A DNA stretch of 64,000 nucleotides from Octopus vulgaris (Eukaryota), in NCBI GenBank assembly GCA_951406725.2, contig OX597831.1, positions 54,126,001 to 54,190,000 of the forward strand, in the 5' to 3' direction. Each line of letters starts with the position of its first letter. The stretch's first letter is position 1. The notes beneath the pieces were generated by a model, which worked only from the letters and a program-made list of their open reading frames with translations, had not been told where the DNA came from and ran no database searches. Both the position numbers and the translations under genes were made by a program. This document shows, piece after piece, positions 50,573 to 63,225 of this stretch.

Positions 50573-50580
50573 GTATATAT
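48787..50580. repeat. TA/TG microsatellite field interspersed with short element fragments
   Basis: Tracts at 48787-49300, 49611-49790, 49934-50092 and 50412-50580. Confidence 0.92.
50094..50410. repeat. GC-rich interspersed repeat with internal ccggtggcacgtaaaaa subrepeats
   Basis: ccggtggcacgtaaaaag at about 50212 and ccggtggtacgtgaaaaa at about 50278; the motif also occurs at about 13036. Confidence 0.55.
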
Positions 50581-50862
50581 AACAATTGCAGCGTGGAAGG
50601 TGTTTATAAGCCATTGAAGAAACACACAAAACCCATTAGATTCACTTCATTTAAATTTAATTTGCCAAAATATTTTCGTCGCTTTGAGACCGCGACCTCA
50701 AAGTGACGAAAATATTTTGACAAATTAAATTTAAATGAAATGAATCTAATGGGTTTTGTGTGTTTCTTAAATGGCTTATAAACACCTTCCACGCTGCAGT
50801 TGTTTTCATTCCAGCACACGATCTCAGATCAAGTCACTTGCTATGCAAGTACATCTCCGTAA
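50581..50862. mobile_element. Palindromic (foldback/MITE-like) element with 108-bp arms and a truncated left end
   Basis: 50581-50688 pairs with 50697-50804. The right end gatcaagtcacttgctatgcaagtacatctcc also occurs at about 3647-3680. Confidence 0.8.
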
Positions 50863-51029
50863 TATGTATATATACATATATATATGGATATGTATGTGTA
50901 TGTAAATATATATATATATATATATATATATAACGGGAAGGTTTACGAAAATAAACAAAAGACGAAGGCAGGTGGAGTACAAACAAACAATTGTATTAGT
51001 ATGGCGCTCAGGAATAGAAATAAAACAAG

Positions 51030-51067
51030 TCTTTTACGTTTCGAGCCTACGCTCTTCAACACAAAGA
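51030..51067 (-). ncRNA. Minimal hammerhead-like motif with a variant core
   Basis: Minus strand: tcttt-GTGTTGA-A-gagc gtag gctc-GAAA-cg-TA-aaaga. A sister copy at 59778-59816 has CTGTCGA. Confidence 0.5.
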
Positions 51068-51199
51068 TACACAGAAAAGAAACATGGAGAGAAAAAAAGT
51101 GCGTGCAGGAGCTAACGATTCAACATGGCGTTCTGATTTCAGCCAGAAGTCAGAGATCAGACGTTAGAGGGATATATATGGATATAGTTAGAGGTGTTT

Positions 51200-52260
51200 A
51201 AAACCTCTAAGGTAATGGTTAAATCCAAAGTTGCTCCTAGGTACAAGGTATACGTAGCAGGTAATTCAGCGAGTAAACCATATTATATGCAAGAAGAAAA
51301 TGCAGGAAGAAGTTGGTCGTTTGCGCTAGTAAGCCATTAATTTAATTAATTAATAAAAAAAAAAGCGGTAGTAATAGTACATTTACGATTGTTACTGTTT
51401 ACCAGTTGTAGTGGTAGACATCATCAGAATGCAGATTCATGTGTAGAGGTAAGAAGAACGAAAGACATAGGGATACATTGGTAACGAGAACAAAGACAAA
51501 GAATGGTAAATCTTATATTATAGTAGATTTCTTAGTTGATAATTCTGCTGTGAAGTGGATGTAGGATGAAGGTTATTCTGATCTGTAGTCCCAAGTTTTC
51601 CACATGTTTATTCTGGCTAGACTTTTCACCAGCGGTGTAAAGAAACGAGGTTAACTCTTAACTCATGGTGAAAAGGGAGCTAACTCCATCCAGATTACTC
51701 AGTCTGAGGTAAGTAAGGAATTTGTGTCTTTTAGACTTAAAGTTGTAGGAAGTTTGTAGTAATGGAGAAAGCCCTGTGTGGGTGTATAATAATTTATTAT
51801 GGGGTGTGTGAAGCTAGTGGGGGTTGGGAGCTGAATGTTTGCGTGTAAGTAATTTAAGTGGTTCCCGGCTAAATGGGATTATTTAGATGAAGATGCTAGT
51901 GTAGGATTTGTACAGGGTCAAGTATCAGTGAGTTTACCGATACTTGGAAAAGACACAGAGGCCTATATGAAGACAAAAAATACTGTTCTCATATTTTCTA
52001 TTGAGAAGAGGTGGTTTAGTCATTAGAATTTCCTTGCGTTTGGTTAAACAGAGATGGCATCGTCTATTGGTAGAGTTGTAAGAAGTGGTTTTTGCGCGTA
52101 TGCGCCATTCTAACCTGTATTCTATTTTTTTGTGCTTCAGATATAGCTACTAAGTCCTGTTGAATTTGCCTTACTCCTATTTCTGAAGCTAGATTGGTGT
52201 GCGTTGTACCTAAGTACCATTTGATTTTTCGTGGCTCCTATATAGGATTTTATATAGCTA
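51200..52260 (-). mobile_element. Penelope-like element 3' fragment (GIY-YIG remnant plus 3' region)
   Basis: Minus translation: [68 protein letters not shown]. Confidence 0.82.
51378..51433 (-). ncRNA. Degenerate type I hammerhead (GAAA changed to GUAA) downstream of a PLE endonuclease remnant
   Basis: Minus strand: tgcatt-CTGATGA-tgtctacca ctacaac tggtaaaca-GTAA-caatcg-TA-aatgta. Confidence 0.65.
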
Positions 52261-52261
52261 T

Positions 52262-52295
52262 TTGTATGTATATGTATGTATATATATATGTATGT

Positions 52296-52326
<31 letters not shown>

Positions 52327-52678
52327 CATATATATATATGTATATATACGTATGTATATATACGTATATGTACGTATGTATATGTATATATATGTATGTA
52401 TATATATCTATATATATGTATGTATATATATCTATATATATGTATGTATACATATATGTATATATATATGTATATATATATGTATGTATGTATATATATG
52501 TAGGTATATATGTATGTATATGTGAATGTATATATGTATGTATATATGTGTATGTATATGTATGTATATATGTGTATGTATATGTATGTATATATGTGTA
52601 TGTATATATGTATGTGTATGTATGTATGTATATATATATGTATGTATATATATATATATGTATGTATATACGTATATA
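52262..52678. repeat. TA/TATG microsatellite
   Basis: Directly visible. Confidence 0.95.
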
Positions 52679-52679
52679 C

Positions 52680-53500
52680 TTTTTGATTTAAATAATTTCT
52701 TAAATTCAGAGGTTATATCATTAGATGGCTGTTGAACGTCCTTGATGTTGAAGAAAAAGGTGAGCTATCTGATACGGTTAATAAAGGAATTTGTCTTATT
52801 AACGAGTTGCTTAAGGAAAGCATTCTTTGGGGGAATGGGTATATCCTTTAGAGATGCATTTATATTAAATATCTCCATATGCGTTAACTATTTTATTAGC
52901 AGGCTATATGGAAACATGGTTGAAGTAGATATAAATAGATGTGTGTATTTTTCCCTTGTTTACAATTAACACGGAAAAATAGATAAACAGTTAACAGGGT
53001 AGCAAAAATTCGCATAAGTAAAAACGGCGTAACACCTTGTTTATAAAGATAGAGACTCCAGGTTTATGTGAAATATTTTGTATAATATAAATAAATAAAT
53101 GGAGTTAAACGCATGTGTTATTCAAATTTTTTTACTTCCGACACATGTTTCGAAGATATCACTGGTATTATTCCAAAAGAATAAAATGGTGTAAAACAAT
53201 GTAATCTTCTCTTCAGGGAAATGAAGAAATAAAACTCAATAAGACATTTTAACAGAATATGATGGATATGTATAGTGATGAACTGAATGCTATTAAGTTT
53301 TTTAAAAAAAAAACGTTAGAGGATATAAGTCCAATTTAGCCTATAGAAAGAGGAGGAGTAAAGGAAGGAAAAATCAGAAACCAAATAAATGAGAAATATG
53401 AAACGATATGTAAATTAAATAAAACCCTAAAGTCTTGGAAAAAGATATATCTAGTGAAAGTGAAATGTAAGAAGAAAATCAATGTTTAAATTATATATAA
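52680..53500 (-). mobile_element. Penelope-like element 5' fragment (HHR-bearing leader plus ORF N-terminus)
   Basis: ATG at 52878 (-): MEIFNINASLKDIPIPPKNAFLKQLVNKTNSFINRIR*LTFFF, resembling PLE N-termini. The HHR lies about 260 nt upstream. Confidence 0.7.
53134..53222 (-). ncRNA. Type I hammerhead ribozyme motif upstream of a PLE ORF start
   Basis: Minus strand: atttcc-CTGAAGA-gaagat..atcttc-GAAA-catgtg-TC-ggaagt. Confidence 0.82.
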
Positions 53501-53529
53501 TGGTAGATGTCACTTATATGAATTAAAGG

Positions 53530-55302
53530 TGTGTTTCTAAGATGTGGGTCCGTAAAGATACACCCGATGGTTTTGATGTTACAATGGGAAGTTCGGATTC
53601 AGCACAAGTTGTTGATTTAGTCTGTATATATTTATATATATATATACTTTAGGAAATGGCAGACCGGTACCCAAGCATCAGTGGAGGTCTATTATCGTGG
53701 TAATTGTTTACTTTACCTTCAAAATGTTTCTTACGAAGAAGTACAAAAGATTAAGAATAGTTTAGTTAAGTTTTTCCATAGAATGGGCTTAGGCATCGTT
53801 TTTGATGATGATATAACGAAGGCCAACTTTTTAGATATAACACTTAATTCGTACTTCGCATACCATAAGCCATCGACCAATCTTAAGTATATTAACTAAT
53901 TCAGTAATCATTCTAGGGCAATCACTAGGAACTTAATTAAGAGTATTTCATTTAGATTGTCTAAGTTATCTGTTGACATTTTCAATGACAAGGCTGAATT
54001 TTATAACTCTGCCTTACTTAAAGCAGGTTATATAGATAGTTACTTACATTAATTCCATTCAATCTCATTCTACCTTTACTAATGGAGACATGAAATCTAG
54101 TTATAAGGATATAAACGATATCAATTTTAATTTATACGCCAACACCGAACAGAAGAAGGGAGATAACCCTTATTAAAACCCCTTTTTCCATTCTAAAGGT
54201 AAATTGATGTCTTTTAAAGATAGTTACACTAAAAATAAGGCAACTAATAGCAAAACTATTTGGTTGATTATTCAATATGGGAGGCAAATTAAATCTAAAC
54301 TTCTTTTAGTTTCGGGAAGCTATTATTTTAGGAATTTTCCAAAGAATTCTAGGTATTACTCTATTATCATCTTCCACACGGTTAGGATTAGTTTTTCCAA
54401 CACAAAAAAAAAAAATCTCTTATAAATTATCTCCTCACATAATATTAGTCTGTTAAATAAGAATCCATTTACTAGTACTAACATTTAGCTAATACCATCC
54501 ATCCCCCTAGAAATATTAATAACAAGGTTATTGTCTCTGAAGTCAATTCCAACAGAATTAAGTTTATGTCAAGTAATTGTAACATTAAAAATTCTATATA
54601 CCAGTGTAAAATTACTTCAGATACCGATGTCTTTTTTTTTTATATATAGGTAGTTCTTCTTCTCAGTTATCTAAAAGAATTTATAATCTCAGACATAATG
54701 CACACCAATCGAGCTTCAGAAATAGGAATAAGGCTAGCTCAACTGGGCTAAGTATATACATTTGGAGACTTAAGGATAAAAAAACAGATTTTAGCTTAAA
54801 CTGGCATATACTCACAAAAACAATCTCCTATAACACAACAAATAGACGCTGAGATCTTTGCATATCGGAATGCCTAGCTATACTTACGACTAAACAACCC
54901 CTTCAGAACAAAAATATATATAATCTGCGTCTGCGCAGTGGTTTGAAAAGTTAGGATTTACAAACCGTTAGTTCTATGTGTGGATCTGGCGGTCTGTATG
55001 TCTGAAATCTAAAGGCTGTCCCACTGAAGAAAACTGGCCTTCAGCAAATATTTTTTTGCTGGAATTAGTTAGAAACCGCGGTCTGGGAAATAGTTGAGAT
55101 GGTAAACGTTTTTAATTTTCATTCCTTTCATGAATTTATCCTTTTTGTGGTCTTGAGATTTCTACTGCTCTTTCTAGCACAACGCTTTCCTATTTGGAAG
55201 CCTCTTATTGTATTTCTATATGAATAGTATATAGTCTAATGACTAATTCGTTTTTTTGTGCTAGGCCACTGGTAATAATAATTTATTATTACCCTATTTT
55301 AT

Positions 55303-55303
<1 letters not shown>
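53530..55303 (+). mobile_element. Penelope-like retroelement, 5'-truncated and decayed (RT, GIY-YIG endonuclease, 3' repeat with HHR)
   Basis: RT remnants: WVRKDTPDGFDVTMGSSDSAQVVDLV, FLDITLN, YHKPSTNLKYIN..SNHS. GIY-YIG remnants: IYQCKIT..YIG..HQSSFRN..STGLSIYIW..LNW..DLCISE. Ends in (TA)n. Confidence 0.88.
55019..55088 (+). ncRNA. Type I hammerhead motif in a PLE 3' repeat (A.A mismatch at the base of helix II)
   Basis: tccca-CTGAAGA-aaactgg..ttagtta-GAAA-ccgcgg-TC-tggga. Confidence 0.75.
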
Positions 55304-55341
<38 letters not shown>

Positions 55342-55390
55342 AATATATATATGCATATTTATATGTGTGTGTGTATTTATATATTTGTGT

Positions 55391-55423
<33 letters not shown>

Positions 55424-55578
55424 CATATATGTATATGTGTATATATATGTATATATATATGTGTGTGTGTGTGTGTGTATGAATATGTATATATATATAT
55501 GTGTGTGTGTATGAATATGTATATATATATGAATATGTATATATATGTATGTATATGTATATATATATGTGTGTGTGT
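55303..55578. repeat. TA/TG microsatellite
   Basis: Directly visible. Confidence 0.95.
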
Positions 55579-57729
55579 CAAAGGATCACAAAGGCCTTTC
55601 CTTGTCTTGTGATATTAGTGTTTAGCCCCAAGACAGCCATAACTAAGAATACTTGTGATGAAAGATATAGGAAATAATCTGAAAGAATTTGGCTGCTATT
55701 TCTAACTTCATAAAGACTGTCTTGTTGGAAACTTTTGTGGTGGTGCTTCTTGTTGTTCTTTAGCTCCATATCAACCCTAATCAAAAGCAGACCTATGATC
55801 AAAGGGTGTTTAAAGAGAACCACATTATTCAGTGTCCTTTAAGACAGTTGGGAGTTATTTGAAGAAGACTTGGCTGTTATATCTAGCACTACAGTCAACC
55901 ACATAGAGGCCTGTCTCATAGAATTACTGCATCATATTAACAAAAGTCTAACTACTTCTTTCAGACAATTGATAAAACCTTTTTAAAAATAAATTAAAAT
56001 TCATCACATTTTTTAAAGCTTTGATGATAATATTCATTGTAACAACATTCATTTTCTTTTTCTTCTACAGAATTAAAATATTATGTAAATGCTGTTTACC
56101 TACATCTATTGTTCATGGTGCTCTTCATTTTTCATAGCAACATTGAATAGATTTTCACTAGTCACATCTATTTCTCATAATACATTGTAAGTAAAGTGAC
56201 AGCCGACCAATTCAACATGATGGGCTGTCGCCTGCATCAGTCGATTTCAGGCATTTTTGTTTTGTTATTGTGATGCAATGGAAGTCAAAGAGAAAATGAA
56301 AAAAAAAGTTTTATTTTTAGTTAAAATTTTAGAAAAAAATATAGAAAAACTATTGCTTCTCTTGTTTTATTAATCATACTCGGCATCAGTGATTATCATC
56401 ATCATCGATAATGTCCACTTTTCTATACTTGCATGGGTCGAACAGAATTTGTTGAGCTAGAAGCCCTTTCTGTCGCTAGAGCTCACCTATTTCCAAGTAA
56501 GGTAGTATTTTCCCATGGCCAGACATGGTTTTTGTGGAAGATTGGAAACAAAAAGTCACCACTCGCATAACAATGACACTTGCTTACAACTATCATGCAA
56601 TGTCATGACAATGATATTGTGTTCCACCCATGGCAGCATGGAAAACAGACGTTAAACGATAAGGAGGAGGAGGAGGCACAAACACTCTCTCACACACACA
56701 CACACATATGAATACAATGAGCTTCTTTTACATTCCATCAACTAAATCCACTTACAAGGCTTTCGTTAACCCACAGCTGTAGTAGAATACTCATGTCCAA
56801 GGTGGCACACATTAGAACTGAACCCAAAACTATGTGGTTGAGTGGCAAACATCTTAACCTCACAGTCCTGTCTGTATTTAACATTATAGAAAACATATTT
56901 TAAGCCTTAAGTTATTCTTATAAAAATCTGTAGATATATATACATACACATATATATATTATTATGCACTATTTTGTCTACAACAGTGTTTCTCAACCAT
57001 TTTTTGCTTATAGGCCCCACTTTGATACCTGTTTGACTCATTTGGGGGATGCAAACACAACAACACCGATTGTCATGCGGTGGGAGACACACACACACAC
57101 ACATATATATATACGCAGACAACGGGCTTCATACAGTATCTATTACATCAATTCACAAGGCTTTTTGGTTGGCCCGGGCCCATAGCAGAAAATATTGCTC
57201 GGGATACCACACAATGAGATTGAACTTAGAACCATGTGGTTGAGAAACAAACTTTTTGCCACACAGCTATGACGGCACTCATACACACACACACATACAT
57301 ATACAAATACGACGGGTTTTATACAGTTTCTGTCTATTACATCAACTCACAAGGCTTTAGTTGGCCCGGAGCTATAGTAGAAGACACGTGTCCAAGATAC
57401 CATTTGATGGGACTGAACTTGGAACCATGTGGTTGAGAAGTACCATCAACCGATCAGCTTTTGGATCCGACTGGCTACAACAGACATCATCAGCATGTAC
57501 GCCAACATGTGTGTGCTTGTATTTGTGTGTGTGCTGTAAGTGTGAGTGTGTTTTAAGTGTGCAAGGGGTGAATTACGTATAAAAGCTGCTGACCCTTGAA
57601 CAAACTAATCCCATAGTACTTTCTCTTTCTCAATCTCATTTTCATTATTACATCCGTTGGAATAACACAATTTTTTGCTACACATTAGATAATTAATCTC
57701 CCTGTTGTTGTATCTACCTTCAATTTAAG

Positions 57730-59616
57730 ATGTCATGAAAGAAGCTATCAAGTAGACCTGAAGGCAGTAGTGCAAAAAGGAACCGTAATGACATAACATT
57801 GGATATTAAACTTGATCCGGGAGAAAAACTAGGTTATATTGCCAAAACATTAAATCTTGTGACGTCCACAGTAGGAATAATACGTAACAACAGAGAGGAA
57901 AATATGTCGAGTGCTCAAAAAGCCACTCCGTTTATTGACCGGGCCTTATTTTTCCTTAGATCTAATCTAATGCTTGAAGACATCAGAATCGGCGTAATAT
58001 GTCGATAAACACAATAGTAATTTTTTAAAAGTTTATATCACGATTTGCGGAAAAAGGAAGGTAAAACTTATGAAAAAACTTTTTTGGCTATTAAAAGCTA
58101 GATTGAAAGGTTTAAGGAGCGTATGAATTTGCACAACATAAAAGTGACTGGTGAAACTGCTACTAATTATTCTGAGCAGTGAAAGAAAATCATTGTTTTC
58201 TCGAGAAGAAAAATCAACACCGGGATTTTAAAGCTTCCAAACATCGTCTGACACTTCTTGTAGAAGGCAATGCCACTGGTGATATGAAATGAAAACCCCT
58301 ATGTGTGTACCCTTCCAAAAACCCACGGGCTCTCAGGGGTTACACAATCTTTAATCGACCTCTGATTTGGCGTTCAAATAAGAAGACATGGACGACTAAG
58401 AGCCTTTTCAAAGAGTGGTCGACAATCATTTTTCGTACTGTCGTAGAAAGATACAGTGCCAGACATATTTTCAACAAAGCATTCCTTCATTCAGACAATG
58501 CACCGTGCCACCCAGCGCACTTAGATGACCTTTCTGATAATGTACGAGTAGAATTTATCCCCAATACAACTTCGTCGCACCAGCCAATTGATCAAAGTGC
58601 AATTGCAAATTTCAAGAGATCATATGAGAAAAACATTCAAACAACTTATGAAAGCAATCGACCGAGAGAATAAACATACTGTTAGATGTTTCTGGAAGAA
58701 ATTCAGCATAGTGAGTGCTGTGAGTAATATAGCTGAGTCATAGGATGAAGCGAAACCTCAACTTTGAACAGTACTTGGAAAAATATATGGCCAAACTGTG
58801 TTCGTGAAATTACAAGTTTTTCACAAGGAAAAAGTCTCCATCAGATTCGGAAATATATTGTGACACTTGCAAAGGCTGTAGGATTTAAAGAAATCATAGA
58901 GGATGATGTGATCGAGTTACTAGTGTCTCAGAGAGAAGGTTTATCTAGCGATAAGCTGATGCTGTAAGAAAACGAACAAGCTGAGAATACAGATGAGACC
59001 ACGGGAATTCCTTGTACACCACTTAAATCGACAACTAAAATTATTGCTTCAGAACTGGCATTTATAGAGAAATGTCTGCAGGATTTTGTTGATAATAATC
59101 TTAATCGCGAACGTAAGATAAAAATTACAAGAAGAGTTTACAATGTGCTCAGTTCTTACGCTGAGCTGTACAAAGAGATGATGCGTCGTAAACAACAAAC
59201 AATTTTGAATAAGTTCTTCACCCATCAAGCTGATATTCGTGATAATGAGCAATAAGATAGTAAATATTTCGCAAACTCCTAGTAACGCTCATTTCACCAC
59301 CATCCACCACACAGTAGTTAACGTCTTTTGTGGTAAGAACGTACTCTGTGGATTCACGAAGCATATTAATACCATTACGTATTCCTCTTGAACTGGTTTT
59401 GCTTTTTAATATCTCTATATTGCACCGTATCTGTTATACATGTGATCGTGTTGCTTGTTCTATTTTCTTGTGCTTGTCTTTTTTTAAAAAGTCCGTAGGG
59501 AAAGCAATTTTACTTCATAAAATGAAAATCAATAGGAAAATTAATTTCACATTACGGGATTTCGCGTTTTGGCCAGATTTTCAGGAACATATTGCTTCCA
59601 AAAAGCGAGGGATTCT

Positions 59617-59620
<4 letters not shown>
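57730..59620 (+). mobile_element. pogo/Tigger-type DNA transposon fossil
   Basis: KRNRNDITLDIKLD (HTH), FKASKHRLTLL..GNATGD, KNPRAL, WRSNKK.W, DNAPCHP, PNTTS..QPIDQ..IANFK. TIR-like right end gcgagggattcttgtg. Confidence 0.88.
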
Positions 59621-59669
<49 letters not shown>

Positions 59670-59777
59670 TGAGAGAGAGAGAGAGAGAGAGCTCAAATTT
59701 GCGGAAAGCAAAAGACGAAGAACGGTAAAGGATCAACAAGCAGGTGTATTAGTTTAACGCTCTGGAAGAATGCAAAA

Positions 59778-59816
59778 GTCTTTGCTGTTTCGTGCCTACG
59801 CTCTTCGACAGACAGG
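59778..59816 (-). ncRNA. Degenerate sister copy of the minimal hammerhead-like motif
   Basis: Minus strand: CTGTCGA-A-gagc gtag gcac-GAAA-cagc-aaagac, within a repeat (about 59695-59875) homologous to 50931-51130. Confidence 0.4.
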
Positions 59817-60226
59817 ATTGAGAGGTAAAATAACGGAGACAGAAAAAATGTTGGGATTAACGGTTTAACATTATGATGGAATATAATATACTAACAGGGA
59901 TATACGGCGTTGCTTGGGAATAAAACGGCATAGATTTTTATTGTTTTGGATGTTTCAGACATGTAACTGCGGCCATGTTGGAGCACCGCCTTTAGTCAAA
60001 TAAATCAAATCCAGGATTTATTCTTTGTAAGCCTAGTACTTACTCTATCGGTATCTTTTGCCGAACCGCTAATTTACGGGGACGTAAACACAGCAGCATC
60101 GGTTGTCAAGCGATGGTGAGAGTGAAAATATATCCACCAAAACACACACACACAAATACATACATATTTCTTTCAGTTTCCGTGTACGATATCCACTCAC
60201 AAGGCTTTGGGCGGCCTGAGGCTATA

Positions 60227-60295
<69 letters not shown>

Positions 60296-60584
60296 TTAGG
60301 GAATAAATCCAAACTTACAGGGAAAAACTAGATTTAGGATTAAATTCAATTTTATAGTATAAATTAATTAATTGATTAATTAATTAATAAAATAATATAT
60401 AGATTAAAAATATACATACATATATATATATATATATTTGTATATATATATTTAAAATTTATAAGTTTAAATTATTTAAATAATTTTTTAAATTTTTAAC
60501 TTTCATATTTTTAAATTAATTTTATGTATTGGCTTATGTTTTTCACTGTTTGATTTGCCTAATAGTGGTTTTATCTCTAATTTA

Positions 60585-60589
<5 letters not shown>

Positions 60590-60665
<76 letters not shown>

Positions 60666-61168
60666 GTATCTACATATATATGTATATGTATACATGTATA
60701 TATATACATATATATATACACACATATATAAACATATATGTATGTATATATACATATACACATGTATATATATATATACACACATATATATACATACATA
60801 TATATAGATATATATTATATATATATATATACATACACATATATATATATATACATATATATGTATATATACATATGCACATGTATATATATACATATAT
60901 ATGTATATATACATATGCACATGTATATATATACATACATATATATATACACACACGCACATATATATATATATATATATATACACACTCATATACATAT
61001 ATATATACACACATATACATATATATATACATACATACATATATATATATACATACACATATATATACATATATATATATATACATATATATATATACAT
61101 ACACATATATATATACATATATATATATATACATATATATATGCATACACATATATATACATATATAC

Positions 61169-61229
<61 letters not shown>

Positions 61230-61252
61230 CATACATACATATATACATATAT
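60590..61252. repeat. TA/CA microsatellite
   Basis: Directly visible. Confidence 0.95.
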
Positions 61253-61484
61253 GGGGAAAATAAGTTGAAAAGAGAACAATTCAAACTTTGTGAGAGGTCC
61301 AAAAAGAGAGAAGCAATGACTTCTAATAAAGATTCATCATATTCATGGAAAAACAGCCAGTGCAAGTAATAAGAATATGAAAATAGTAGTTGAAAATATC
61401 ATTATAGCTATAAATATACCATAAACAATTGAAGAAAAAAAGATGCTGAATCAAAATTAACTTTAAAAGAAAATAGGATTCAAT

Positions 61485-61581
61485 ACATACGCGCGTTTCA
61501 AAGGACAATACAAATATGTAAGAAAAAATTATAACCATAGTAATTATAATTAAATTTATGCATTGTCATTTTCATCAGTGT
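61485..61581 (-). ncRNA. Type I hammerhead motif with a long helix II
   Basis: Minus strand: aca-CTGATGA-aaatgacaatgca..tgtattgtccttt-GAAA-cgcgcg-TA-tgt. Helix I is partly decayed. Confidence 0.72.
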
Positions 61582-62277
61582 GAGGAATTTTTGTAAAGAC
61601 AGCAAAAAAGGCTTAATAAAATAAATTAAGATAAGATATAATAAAGGAGACTACAAATGGGGTAATAGGGGAAAAATCGGATATTTACAAGCAAGTTATA
61701 AAAGTGCAAAAAAAAAAAACAGTAATAATAACAGTAAGAGAGACGAAAGAGAAAAAAGATAGACATATCAATGTGTATGTGCGTCTATATGTGCGGTAAA
61801 CTATAACATAAGAATAAGAATAAGAATAAAAAGCTAACGGTATGTTTTAAAAAATGGTAACAGGTCGAGACAAAGTATAATAAACAGTACCACGTGTGAA
61901 TAGTAGAATATAACGTAACAGGTGGACTAGTAGAAAAATAGAGAGTTATACATATACATATTAATGTCGAAAAACGAAAATGTATTTTACACGGGGCTAA
62001 AAAGTGATAGGCAAGACTATGTTTGAAAAAGTTACAATATTAAAGTAAAAATGAACATACAGGCAGAGGAAAAAAAACTAAGAAAACCTAACAAGGAAAA
62101 AATATCGATCAGACAAGACCGGCCGGTGTATTCAAGATAGTTACCTTACTCAAAAACTAGCCTGGGGTAGGGGAGACAATCAGAAAGTAGGAACAAAAAA
62201 CGAATATATGGAGTAAATTATTATAAAATTACAAGTGTTATAAAAACGTATACACTTAACACATAAGAATATACAGT

Positions 62278-63027
62278 CATACACATACACTCATACATAC
62301 ACACACAGGGGTTCAAGTGTGAGATAACATACAAGTAATATAAAGAAGTACGTATTCACATAAGACTATATAAATATAAATAAATATATATACATATACA
62401 CACATACATACATACATATATATATATATATAAATATATATAAATATATATACATATACACACCTACAAACACATGCATAAAACATAAACATGCACATAC
62501 ATGTACCCGCACACACATGTACATATATATACATATATATAAATAAATAAATACATATATATACGCATACACACACATGTACATACATAAAATACACATA
62601 ATATATACACATCTACCAAAACAAAAAACACAAATGCAAAATGCACCAAAGAAAAAACATATAAAAATATAGAAATACACACATATATACATACATAGAT
62701 ATACACACGTATTAATGTATCCATACACAAAAATATGCATATACAGACAAAAAATACATACATACACAGCTACATATACTTGTATATACACATGTAGACA
62801 AAAAACATAAAATACATTCATGCGCAAACACAAAAACATACAAGTAAAACATGCATACATACCTACAAGCAAATATATATATATATATATACATATATTC
62901 ATGCATAAGTATACATACACATAAAAATATACACACACAAATATATAAATATGTACATATATATATATATATATACACATGCATACACATACACACACAC
63001 ACACACACATATACATACATACATACA

Positions 63028-63090
<63 letters not shown>

Positions 63091-63112
63091 CTATATATAT
63101 ATATATATATAT

Positions 63113-63175
<63 letters not shown>
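62278..63175. repeat. CA/TA/CATA low-complexity tract ending in poly-T
   Basis: Directly visible. Confidence 0.93.
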
Positions 63176-63225
63176 GTACTTGTTTCAGTCATTTGACTGC
63201 GGCCATGCTGGAGCACCGCCTTTAG

